Source: a virus. From it: 64,000 nt of DNA. Positions 1 through 10,000 of this stretch are shown in pieces; the stretch's first letter is position 1; each line of letters begins with the position of its first letter. The position numbers and the translations under genes were made by a program. Where the stretch lies: UHGV virus genome UHGV-1364187; one strand, given 5' to 3'. Under the pieces are notes generated by a model. That model was not told the origin of the DNA. It did not search any database and saw only the letters and a list, made by a program, of their open reading frames with translations.

Positions 1-32
1 ATATCACATCTAATCCTATATATATTCAGAGA

Positions 33-69
33 GTATAAAAAAAGAAGTAGCACTTTATAGTGCTACTTC
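33..69 (-). terminator. rho-independent terminator (hairpin + T-run) overlapping helicase stop codon
   Basis: inverted repeat gaagtagcact/agtgctacttc with A-run on plus strand (T-run on minus) immediately 3' of the minus-strand helicase gene. Confidence 0.6.
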
Positions 70-1902
70 TTTTACTCTTGGTTCAATTGTTGCTGGAATT
101 ATCATTGCAACTGAACCATTATGTTCTTCTTCCTCAGTTGGTTCTTGAACTATACTTACAGAACCATTAGTTTGATTTCTATATTGTGATAATAAGTAAA
201 TATTATCTCTATTATGAAGTTTATCTTCTAATGGTAAACTTACACTTTCATCATTAAGATTCTCTTCTTGTTGTTGCATAACTTCGGCTCTTGTTCTCAT
301 TCTACTGCTAGAAGAAGTAAGACCTAAATTAGCAATATCATCTTTAAGAGTTTCTTTAAATACTGGAACAAATTTATCTATATCAACATCAAGTCTAATA
401 TGATTTGGTGATGTAAATGGTTGGCAAATATAATATCTAGGAGTACATTTACCTCTACATTTAAATCTATTAAATGACATATATTTATCACCTTTACTAT
501 CATATTCTACATCAATAATAGCTCCCCAATCAATTACATTAAGAATTAAAATTGACTCTGCTATTTGTGCTCTTCCTAATACTCTAGCTACATCTTGTAC
601 ATTATTCAATCTAGCATTATCAGTTTTAGCTGTAGCATCACGATTTAATTGTCCGAATGAAATTACAGGGATATCTTTTAATATAGCAAATGTTTTCATT
701 TCTTCTGCGACTTTTCCTAATTCAACTCTCATATCAGGACATTTATACGTAGATCTAATACAGTTAATATAATCAAAGATAAGAGCTACCATTTCAACTC
801 CTTCATCTTCTAAATCTTCTGCCAATGTATAAAAATATCCTGTATCAACTGAACCATTTGGTACATATTTTACAATGATATCTATTGGAGATTCGTCAGT
901 TAAACATAATTCTCCATCTTCTCTAAGCATTCTAATTACTTCATCAAGACTATAATTTTGTAATTCTGAGTCTGGCGTTAATGCTATATCGAATATACGT
1001 TCAATAGTTTCAGTAATTTGATTTTCCATTGTAAGTAATACAACAGCTGGTCTTTTTGTTGCATCTTTTGGTTGATAATATCTATTAGCTTTTTTCATTT
1101 GTAGTAATAAATTTGTCGCTAATAATGATTTACCAGTATTTGGACATGCAAAGTACATATATAAACGTCCACTTTCAAATCCACCATATGTAAGTTCATT
1201 CATACCCTGCATTCCACATAATAATCTATTATTATTTGATGATAATCTATCATAAGCATCAGTTACAACATTTTGAAATATACCATCTTTCAATGAAAAG
1301 ATTTGATCTGTCATAGATTGTGTTGCAACTCTTCTAAAATTAGATTTGATTTTATCTACCATAGTTTCAATTTCTTTAACAATTGCACCTTTAGATAGAT
1401 AATTACTTGACTTAAATCTAGTCAATACATCAATAAAATCATCTACATCATTGTAGATAAATGAGTATTTTAAAGTTTCTGATACTGTACCATTTACAAA
1501 TTCCAATTCTTCTGTAGATAAAATAAAGTCTTCATAATTTATATCTAAAACATTGTCGTCCATAAACCCATCGTTTATATATTTAATGATAACGTCTGGT
1601 TGTCTTAAATTTTTATCTAATCTTGCTTCTAGAGCTTTTTTAATAAATCTAATCCTCTTCATCTTCTCAGGATCAGATTTATAAATATCCATATTTATAA
1701 TTTCAAATAAGTTTCTTAAACTAATTAGGTGAGATCTCTTTACTGATAAATTTAATGATAGTGTATAGAAACACATAAGATTTAAAGATGTCAAATCAAA
1801 ATTGACATCTATTAAATTTACTTTAGATTTATCTTTTACTACATTATGTCCTTGTCCTGTTATTCTTTTTCTTCTTGTAAGTGACATACTTCCTACACTC
1901 AT
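55..1902 (-). CDS. dnaB: DnaB-family replicative helicase (ORF extends to 1926; probable start ATG 1902 with GGAGGGG RBS)
   Basis: RecA-fold motifs: GRLYMYFACPNTGKSLLATNL (Walker A-like), LTMENQ, ALIFDYINCIR, SFGQLNRD (DnaB arginine-finger QLNR motif); C-terminal tail carries IPATIE motif. Confidence 0.7.
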   Translation of the reverse strand: MSVGSMSLTRRKRITGQGHNVVKDKSKVNLIDVNFDLTSLNLMCFYTLSLNLSVKRSHLISLRNLFEIINMDIYKSDPEKMKRIRFIKKALEARLDKNLRQPDVIIKYINDGFMDDNVLDINYEDFILSTEELEFVNGTVSETLKYSFIYNDVDDFIDVLTRFKSSNYLSKGAIVKEIETMVDKIKSNFRRVATQSMTDQIFSLKDGIFQNVVTDAYDRLSSNNNRLLCGMQGMNELTYGGFESGRLYMYFACPNTGKSLLATNLLLQMKKANRYYQPKDATKRPAVVLLTMENQITETIERIFDIALTPDSELQNYSLDEVIRMLREDGELCLTDESPIDIIVKYVPNGSVDTGYFYTLAEDLEDEGVEMVALIFDYINCIRSTYKCPDMRVELGKVAEEMKTFAILKDIPVISFGQLNRDATAKTDNARLNNVQDVARVLGRAQIAESILILNVIDWGAIIDVEYDSKGDKYMSFNRFKCRGKCTPRYYICQPFTSPNHIRLDVDIDKFVPVFKETLKDDIANLGLTSSSSRMRTRAEVMQQQEENLNDESVSLPLEDKLHNRDNIYLLSQYRNQTNGSVSIVQEPTEEEEHNGSVAMIIPATIEPRVKEVAL

Positions 1903-1925
1903 TAATAATCCCCTCCATTTATTCA

Positions 1926-3107
1926 TTAGAGGTCTTCTATTATCTGTTTAACCTCTTCTGATGTTATACAATCATACCCTTCTTTAAGATTGATATAGAT
2001 TGCTATTTTTTCATATTTATCTAATTGTCCGTCAAGTAAAAATAAATATTGTTCTAATTCTTTATGCTGTTCTTTTACTTGTTCAACAATCTTTCTCTTT
2101 TTAGAATCACTTTGTTTTATTTTTACTCTATTGTTATTACTATAATACTTTTTTATAATCTCGATTTTGCTTAATTGTTCCTGATTTGGTACAATTAGGA
2201 ATTCTAATCTTAGAAATTCTATATCTTCTAAAATAGAATTGACATAAAAAATAATCTCATCTGGAGATCTATCTATCATATCATCCAGATTAAGAGTTAT
2301 ATATTTTCTACATTCTATTTGCTGGAAATAACAATAATGTTCACTTGTATTACAATTATAGAATGATATAAAGAAACCTTTTGCCCCTTCATCGCCAAAT
2401 GACCATCTATACGGTGAACCACAGTAATAGAAATATTTATCAAAACATCCTGTTGTATGAACATGTCCTGATAATATATAACCTTTACAATTACAGAAAT
2501 CATTCATAGTAAATACTTTATTTCGTGGATTAGTATTATCTAATGTAATTACTTTATCTTGATATACTGCACCTTTATACATACCATGAACAACAGCAAT
2601 ATCATATAAACCACTTTCTTTCATTATATTATCATAATATTCTTGTGGTTTATTATATTCTTCTGGTAAACATAATACTCTAATACCTTTAATGATTTCA
2701 AATCTAGCTTGTTCTACTATACGGATATCTAATTCTGGATCACTTAAATAAGAATAGAATAACTTCAATTGTCCAGAATCATGTTCTTTAGTACCATCTA
2801 TGATTAATAAAGTAGCATTTTTTCTTTTTACTTGTTCTACTATATCTTTCATCAACAATAATCCATACATTATAGTCTGAGAATTTGCCATTTCTTTTTT
2901 ATGAAAATAATCTCCAGCAATAACAAATATATCATAGTTTATATTTTCTAATGGTGATAGCATCTGATCTCTGATAACAGAATATTGGTAGGATAAATCC
3001 ATCCTACCAATATGTAAGTCTGCAGTAGATACTATAGTTAATATATTATTTGGTCTTACATTTAAATTTTCATCTTCTGGTCTTGTAAACACTGCAGGAA
3101 TAATCAT
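1926..3107 (-). CDS. calcineurin-like metallophosphoesterase, Mre11/SbcD-like nuclease
   Basis: phosphoesterase motifs ADLHIGRMD, IAGDYFH, GTKEHD, VVHGM, SGHVHT; N-terminus MIIPAVF. Confidence 0.65.
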   Translation of the reverse strand: MIIPAVFTRPEDENLNVRPNNILTIVSTADLHIGRMDLSYQYSVIRDQMLSPLENINYDIFVIAGDYFHKKEMANSQTIMYGLLLMKDIVEQVKRKNATLLIIDGTKEHDSGQLKLFYSYLSDPELDIRIVEQARFEIIKGIRVLCLPEEYNKPQEYYDNIMKESGLYDIAVVHGMYKGAVYQDKVITLDNTNPRNKVFTMNDFCNCKGYILSGHVHTTGCFDKYFYYCGSPYRWSFGDEGAKGFFISFYNCNTSEHYCYFQQIECRKYITLNLDDMIDRSPDEIIFYVNSILEDIEFLRLEFLIVPNQEQLSKIEIIKKYYSNNNRVKIKQSDSKKRKIVEQVKEQHKELEQYLFLLDGQLDKYEKIAIYINLKEGYDCITSEEVKQIIEDL

Positions 3108-3121
3108 AATATCAAACTCCT

Positions 3122-3607
3122 TTAAATTGTATATTTATATTTAGGTGTTAAAGTGAATATATAACTTAAAACATTATAGATTGTTGTGATCAATGTTGCA
3201 TATATTTCATATTGGATATTATCATTACAAGATCCGAACTTAGATTGTTGATCATAATATCCATTATATGTAAATTGATTATTCTTAAATTCAAACTTAA
3301 AATAATTATTTGCGTGGGAGATTTTTAATGTGATGGCATTAAGTCTGATATTAATAAAGAATGAATTCTTTTCTGCATTCTCAATATTATATGAGAAACT
3401 AAAATCTTCATCTTCTACTTTATCAATATCAAATGCCGAACATGCATACACAAGATCTGTTAATACTGTTGATAAGTTTAATGAATTTAAGTTCTTTACA
3501 TACTTTCGTATACATCTCCATATAATGAAAGCTTTCATTATAGGAACAAATATTTTTAATTTAGTATTGTTTAGTTTTGTTAAAGATTTTACTGTTTGTA
3601 ATATCAT
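3122..3607 (-). CDS. hypothetical protein
   Basis: 161-aa ORF co-oriented and contiguous with neighbours. Confidence 0.4.
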   Translation of the reverse strand: MILQTVKSLTKLNNTKLKIFVPIMKAFIIWRCIRKYVKNLNSLNLSTVLTDLVYACSAFDIDKVEDEDFSFSYNIENAEKNSFFINIRLNAITLKISHANNYFKFEFKNNQFTYNGYYDQQSKFGSCNDNIQYEIYATLITTIYNVLSYIFTLTPKYKYTI

Positions 3608-3608
3608 A

Positions 3609-4457
3609 TTACTCTTCCCCCTTTTTAAATATATTTGGAACTGTTATAAAATTATCAGATATAGTTCCAGCCTCATTTAATGTAGTATGAATAATATGTT
3701 CTTTATTATAAATTACATCTGGAATATTCATACCACGTTTTAATACTTCTATGTCAATATCATTACCGTCTGAATGAATAGCATATACATTTGACATAAA
3801 TTTTTTAACTTTTTCTTCATCACCATTAAATAATGATGTTACTCTATAAATAAATTTATCAATATTCATATGTGGATTATCAGGATAACTTTGTAAAGTT
3901 AAATCTTGATAGAATTGGTCAAATTCTGCTATATGTTTGGCTAATCCAACAAATTTGACAGATTTATCAAATTCAATATCAGATGAATCACCAGAATAGT
4001 ATATATAACCATTATAGTGATTTATAGCTAATGCATAACAGTTTTTATATTCCCCATGTTCTACTGGAACAAATAAAATTTCTGTGTCCATAATATCATT
4101 GTAATAATCTTTTACTTCATACATTAACGGATCAACTTTGCACATTCCAAGATATGCTACAATTGAACCTTTATCTGGAAAATATACGGTTGGCTTAATA
4201 CCTTTTATATAATTACAATATTCAATTAAAGAACCTAAACTGCCTACATGATCTGAATGAAGATGAGTAATAATAATATTAACTGTTTTAATATTATCAT
4301 CTATAAGTTTAAGTCTAAGAATCTGTTTAAAAATATCACCACCACAGTCTATAAGTGTAAATACATTATATTCTGGTAACACGAAAAATGCTGAATTGTT
4401 GTGTTGATCTTCATTAAAACAACTTCCTCTACCAATAAAATTTAATAATTGTTCCAT
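3609..4457 (-). CDS. metallo-beta-lactamase-fold hydrolase (possible phosphodiesterase)
   Basis: MBL signature ITHLHSDHVGSLG (HxHxDH) preceded by LIDCGG and followed by conserved His/Asp positions. Confidence 0.65.
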   Translation of the reverse strand: MEQLLNFIGRGSCFNEDQHNNSAFFVLPEYNVFTLIDCGGDIFKQILRLKLIDDNIKTVNIIITHLHSDHVGSLGSLIEYCNYIKGIKPTVYFPDKGSIVAYLGMCKVDPLMYEVKDYYNDIMDTEILFVPVEHGEYKNCYALAINHYNGYIYYSGDSSDIEFDKSVKFVGLAKHIAEFDQFYQDLTLQSYPDNPHMNIDKFIYRVTSLFNGDEEKVKKFMSNVYAIHSDGNDIDIEVLKRGMNIPDVIYNKEHIIHTTLNEAGTISDNFITVPNIFKKGEE

Positions 4458-4474
4458 AATTACATCTCTCCTTT

Positions 4475-5200
4475 TTAATAATTTGAATTATATATTGGAT
4501 TTAAATTTTGAGTAAATTGCAATCTAGCATAATAAGTATATACAGCTCCACTAAATGTCTGATATGCAAGATTCATAAACTCAATATTTTCATTAATAGA
4601 TAAATCTACTATATGATTATTTGCTAAAGGTTTTGTCTTAGATAATTGTAAGATAAAACATCCAGCAATTTCATATCCTTCTTTTATAAGCATATCCATA
4701 TATGCAGCTAATTGACACCAATACTTATAACCAATATGATTAGATGTCTTAAAATCCCCTACATATAATCTTCCATTAATCTTTAGTATTACATCTATAG
4801 TCCCACCATAATATTCACATACAGTAGGTCTTTCTATAGCAAATACTTCTACGTTATAATCTCTATTAAGTTGATTCCACCATGTTTTAAATCCAGAAAT
4901 ACAATTGAAAATTTGATTAGATATATTTCTTGGATATATAGAATAATCGACTTCATAATTACTATCAATCATGATCTTATCACAAAGATCATGAACTATT
5001 GTTCCAATATTAGCATAAAAGTCTAGTTCTTCTTCATAATTTTTATGTCTAAAACCAAGACTATTTGCCCAATTAGTAATATAATCATCATGCATCAATG
5101 ATAATATTTCTGTTACTCTTGGTACATTTCTTCCATTACATTGATATCTATCACAAGATATATATGGAGAGAAATTCATATAAGATAAAATGTTATTCAT
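4475..5200 (-). CDS. PD-(D/E)XK nuclease, RecB/Cas4/lambda-exonuclease-like
   Basis: GTIDVIL...VGDFKTS (D..D-x-K) and QLAAY (QxxxY) motifs; AAAGGAG RBS. Confidence 0.55.
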   Translation of the reverse strand: MNNILSYMNFSPYISCDRYQCNGRNVPRVTEILSLMHDDYITNWANSLGFRHKNYEEELDFYANIGTIVHDLCDKIMIDSNYEVDYSIYPRNISNQIFNCISGFKTWWNQLNRDYNVEVFAIERPTVCEYYGGTIDVILKINGRLYVGDFKTSNHIGYKYWCQLAAYMDMLIKEGYEIAGCFILQLSKTKPLANNHIVDLSINENIEFMNLAYQTFSGAVYTYYARLQFTQNLNPIYNSNY

Positions 5201-5254
5201 TTAACGTTCTCCTTTCATATAAGATTATTATAGTGTTCTAAATTAAGTAAAAAA

Positions 5255-5286
5255 TAAAAAAGATAGAGGGTTTCCTCTATCTTTTA
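5255..5286. terminator. bidirectional hairpin terminator
   Basis: agatagagg/cctctatct stem flanked by A-run and T-run. Confidence 0.55.
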
Positions 5287-5694
5287 TTCTACTTCATACA
5301 CATCATATTGTGCATGTGAGATATTATAATCAAACCCTATTACATATTTTCTATCAGGATCATCTATAAGTTTTTGTATCTCTTTTGGTACTATATTAAT
5401 TATATTACCAACTCCAAAAGATATACATGTACTATCATAATTATCTTTATTTGTACTTGGTACTATCACCTTATGTTTTTTCACTTTACAAGTACAGTTA
5501 TCTAATGTATATTGATTAATACTATATATATTATAATAAATTTTACTATCGTCTAATGTTTCTAATATAGGACCATTCTCTTTGAGTAACTTATCTAAAT
5601 AATGAATATACAATGCTCTATCTTGATTCATATATACTGTTCTTTCTAAACTATCTTTTAATTTATTTACATCTAATTCGAGATTTATTAACAT
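5284..5694 (-). CDS. hypothetical protein
   Basis: 136-aa ORF, overlaps upstream gene by 7 nt. Confidence 0.45.
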   Translation of the reverse strand: MLINLELDVNKLKDSLERTVYMNQDRALYIHYLDKLLKENGPILETLDDSKIYYNIYSINQYTLDNCTCKVKKHKVIVPSTNKDNYDSTCISFGVGNIINIVPKEIQKLIDDPDRKYVIGFDYNISHAQYDVYEVE

Positions 5695-5960
5695 GATAAT
5701 TCACTCCTTTTATTTTTCATATTTTGTTTACGAGCAATAGTAGCTCTTATTAAACATTCTCTTTTATTTTTCTTAATTACTTTTACAACTTTTTGATACC
5801 TTTTCTTACTTAGTTTACGTAATCTTACAGTTAAGTCCAGATGTACTGTAGATTTACTAACGCCGAATACTTCTGCTGTTTCTCTTAGAGTAGATTTGTT
5901 TTTTACATAATAATCCGCTTCATCTAAAATCCTTTGTTTAATACGTGCATTATTTCTCAT
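5688..5960 (-). CDS. spoIIID-like: SpoIIID-family HTH transcription regulator
   Basis: IKQRILDEADYYVKNKSTLRETAEVFGVSKSTVHLDLTVRL aligns closely with B. subtilis SpoIIID (IKERTIKIGKYIVETKKTVRVIAKEFGVSKSTVHKDLTERL); AAAGGAGG RBS; early-promoter motif 30-50 nt upstream. Confidence 0.8.
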   Translation of the reverse strand: MRNNARIKQRILDEADYYVKNKSTLRETAEVFGVSKSTVHLDLTVRLRKLSKKRYQKVVKVIKKNKRECLIRATIARKQNMKNKRSELSC

Positions 5961-5991
5961 AACTAAATCCTCCTTTAATAATCTATATTCA

Positions 5992-6014
5992 TATATATAA
6001 TATATAATTGAAAA
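5992..6014 (-). promoter_or_regulatory. conserved phage early-promoter-like motif (plus-strand text TATATATAATATATAATTGAAAA; functional sense 5'-TTTCAATTATATATTATATA)
   Basis: one of at least 12 near-identical copies located 30-60 nt upstream of minus-strand start codons. Confidence 0.55.
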
Positions 6015-6064
6015 TATTATTACTTGAACATTTACATAATAACTTGTTAAGGAGGAATTGTAAT

Positions 6065-7021
6065 ATGAATGAAACTCAGTTTTTAAAGAAACTTAATGAA
6101 ACATATTTATTTAATGTCACAGACAATTATAGAATTATGATGACTAAGGCTGTAGTTGAATCTGATAGATTGAATATCAGAGATGACAAATTTGAAGATA
6201 TTAGAGCTTCTGTTAGTAGAAGACAAGTAAACTCAGTTATTAGTAGAACTATGAAATCTCCAGATGTTGTATTTATTAAACCTAGTATTCCATTACCAAG
6301 AGCATTAAAAGTATTTACTGTAAAGGATATTAAAACTCCTGGTAACCCATTAAAAGTATTCATAGATATATCAGAAATTATCTATGAAAAAGATGGTGAA
6401 TTTAAAATCGCTTCTGTAGATAAATTAATCGCTTATCTCACATCAGCAATGATGCAATTAATCTACAATTCAGAGCCTAATAGACTTATTAGTAATACAA
6501 CATTAATTGCTCCACTTAGAAGTGGGTTTGCTCAATTGGTATCATACATAATAGATTATCTATATAAGACTAGTAATCTTGACGGTATGAGAGATATGAT
6601 TAAACATATGGCTTCAATGTATTTTGATATTAATATTCTTAAAAGAGATTATAATATATCAAAAGATAGTATAGATGCAGCTGCATTAAAAATATCTGGA
6701 TTATCTAATAGACAGTTGGATGTATTAGAAATCTATACAGAAGATGATACATTTGATAATATTAAAACATTTGTAGAAACATTAAATGAATTACTTAAAG
6801 TACAAAAACTAACTATAGATGTTTTTATGAAAAAATGGTTAGACTTATGTGGTTCTGGTACTCAATTTGCATTAGAATATTTCCCATCATTGTCAGATAT
6901 GTTTACTAATGCTTATTGTTTATCATATATCAATAACCAAAAGACTATAGAAAAGATTGTAGGAAAAGATTTATCTTTATATTCATCTAAGCTTATAGCT
7001 TTAGGAGGAGGATTGATCTAG
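6065..7021 (+). CDS. hypothetical protein (ORF from 6008; likely start ATG 6065 after AAGGAGG)
   Basis: RBS taaggagg 8 nt before ATG 6065; AACA-N6-TA late-promoter-like string at 6031-6044. Confidence 0.5.
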   Translation: MNETQFLKKLNETYLFNVTDNYRIMMTKAVVESDRLNIRDDKFEDIRASVSRRQVNSVISRTMKSPDVVFIKPSIPLPRALKVFTVKDIKTPGNPLKVFIDISEIIYEKDGEFKIASVDKLIAYLTSAMMQLIYNSEPNRLISNTTLIAPLRSGFAQLVSYIIDYLYKTSNLDGMRDMIKHMASMYFDINILKRDYNISKDSIDAAALKISGLSNRQLDVLEIYTEDDTFDNIKTFVETLNELLKVQKLTIDVFMKKWLDLCGSGTQFALEYFPSLSDMFTNAYCLSYINNQKTIEKIVGKDLSLYSSKLIALGGGLI

Positions 7022-10000
7022 ATGAAAGTATTTGATTTAATGAGTAAATTACATAAGAGCACAGATAGTGCTCTTATGGAAACTCAATTGGGACATATTC
7101 CATTAGTATATGAATTACAGAAAGAGAAATTTCCAAGCAATATTAAATATAGACATGAATTAAGAGATTCTAATTCTTATAGAGTTCTTAAACAAGACTT
7201 TGTTAGAACAGGATTAGATGATTCTAAATTTATGAATGCTAATGATTTGTATAAAAATGGTAAAGTAAGAAAGATTATTTGTGTAGATCAAAATGGTTAT
7301 AAAGTGAATGATTCTACTATAAATATAATAATAGATGAAAGAACGTTCTTTATAAATTCAACAGATCCATATGCTGAATTAAAATATTGTATAGTATTTA
7401 TGGAAGATATAGTATATGATAAATCGTCTGTTATATTCGGTATAACAAATGGTATGTTTGTTGGTGGTATTGGTACTAATGAATGTATATCGTCTAAGAA
7501 TCTATTTATGGAAGCAGTGTTTACAACAGATGGGTTAATAGAACCTAAACAACTTAATGCTAGATATAAAGTATTTAAAGAAAATATATATGTAGTAAAG
7601 AATGGTAAGTTTTTATCTCACGATGTAACTCATGTATATGGAAATGTATTCAAAATTAATGATTTTACCGATACGGATAACTGGTTTGTTTATATTATAT
7701 ACTACAAAGATGAAGAATGTATAGATAATGTAAATAAATTAGAAAGTAAAATTAGAATTTTAGATGGAATGTTTCAAGAACTCCCAAACTATATAGAAAA
7801 AATGAGTGATGATTTTGACTATAGAATAGATCCAAATAAATCATATAAAGAAAATCTTCATGATATATTGAATTATATTTCAAATTATAATCATGAAGGT
7901 TTATTACAATTATATCTAGAGAATAAGACTTCTATTATAGAAGAATATACTGGAAAGTATATGATATCTTTAACTAAACCTGGAGATATTTGTGCTTATC
8001 TCCCAAGAAGAAGAAATGGAAAACAATATAATTATATAATTATGTATGTAAATGGATTATTATATAAATATCATGATGAGATAGAATATAATATTACCAA
8101 TATTAAAATACCATTAAAAGAAATCAATCATGAAGACGAGATTTTAATACAATTCTTTTTAGATTGTGGTAATAATACTTATAATACGACTTTTACTAAA
8201 GGTGCAACAAATACTATAAATTTTAGATATATTACTACCAATCCAGCTAATATAGAATTATATTCTCCAGAGTTTGAAGGAAAACATCTTTATGATTTGC
8301 CAGTAGATGATACAAGACCATTAAAAGTCGATTATGAGTATACTATGAATGGAAAAGATATGGAAGTTGAATTAGAAAATCCATATCTATATGGTAAAGA
8401 ATTAGCAATAGTGAATAAAAGACAGTTTAGACATCAAAAGATGCAAATACCAATTAAATATAGAAATAAATTAAGATATAAAGCATATTCTATAAGTACT
8501 ATATTATCTACATATAGAAACAATATTCCAAATAATATAGATGAATTTAATGCTTTATTTAGTAATATGACAGCTACATTAGAAAGTATTATAGATATAC
8601 CTAATGAATTAAATTTTATAGGAGTAGACGAATTCCCACCAGAATATTCTACAGATACATTTGCTATAGAATTAGAAGGATGTTTCTGGGTAGAAAAAGA
8701 AGATATATATAATATAGTGCTATTATCTAATGCTGGATCTAGATTATATATAGATGATCAACTTATGACTGTAGATATAAATGGTAGATTTAATGTAGGA
8801 GATGTAGATAATGGTCCTAATAGATGTAATATATTATTAGATAGAGGATATCATAATATAAAGATAGATTATGTCAATAATGTAGAACATCCATTATTAC
8901 AATTAGCATGGAAAGGATCTACAGAACAATACTATTCTATGATGAATGGAGATTTCTTATATCAAGAATTACCAGACTATTATATTCTTAAATTAAATGA
9001 AACAGATTTTAAATACTGTTTAAATTTTGGTCATTTTATCATGTTCAATGATGGAAGAAGATTATATGATAATGAGGCTTATGTAAAATTACATGGTATA
9101 GACCAAGTATATGATCAATCATATATAATAATATCAAAACCAATTCCAGAAGGAGATTTTATTGATATTTTCTATGTTCCAGATATAATTCTAGAAGTGT
9201 ATAGAGAAGATAGATTACCGGAAGATGGATATATTACTGTAGACAAAGATAATATGCTTAATACAAATCATCCAGAATTGTGTAATGTATATGTCAATGG
9301 TAAACTTATTAATCCTAAGCACATGATTAATCTAAATACTAATACTATGAAAATCAAATCTAATATTCACACTAAATCTTCAGTATGCGTATTAAAGACT
9401 AATATGTATGATGGATATACAGACGCAATATTTGAATATTCAAATGATGTATGGACAGAAGTAACAAATGGAATGTCACTAGAAGTAAAAAATAAATATC
9501 TTGGTGATTATGAAGATATTATCGATGAAGAACCAGATTATTTCAAACCACCATGTGTAGATTTAATATGGGCAATTATTAAGAAATTCTGGATAGATAG
9601 ATTTGGAGTTATCGATGCTGAAATGTTATTCCAATACAATGATGATCCAAGAGTATTAAGAAAGACAAAATTCTTACATGATTATATAGAATCTACAGAT
9701 TATGAAGATAACTCTAATATAGAATATAAATTATATGATCAAGATTATCATAAGTATCATAAGTTTATATGTAAATCACCAACTGCACTAAAATTTGGAA
9801 AACATGAAAATTTAGATCCTAATAAGAAATATTCTATCTCTATGAGTGTATCTTTATATTTAAATTTATCTCAACCAACAGATAGATTTTATTGTGAATT
9901 ATATGGAAGTGGTGGTACTAAACAAATTCCATTATGCTATAACCAAGAAACTTCTTTAGATATATCTCAAGTACCAAAAGTATATATGCTTAGATTATAT

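Noticed and set aside
2315-2503. Short ORFs embedded antisense or out of frame inside longer genes (2315-2503, 3330-3680, 6127-6363, 12258-12677, 16484-16666, 17146-17412, 18219-18401, 23488-23715, 23746-23994, 26082-26375, 31804-32025, 32294-32503, 33699-33920, 33772-33966, 42730-43011, 45455-45640, 46450-46632, 51707-51892, 54873-55223, 56514-56831, 57062-57280, 57620-57802, 58944-59141)
   Set aside because: Each is fully contained in a longer co-linear gene with an RBS and coherent domain content. The short ORFs lack RBSs and have low-complexity Ile/Leu/Phe-rich translations typical of antisense AT-rich DNA.
6031-6044. AACA-N6-TA strings as definitive late promoters
   Set aside because: The motif is so short that it occurs frequently by chance in AT-rich DNA. 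It is mentioned only as weak support for a late class, not annotated as a feature.
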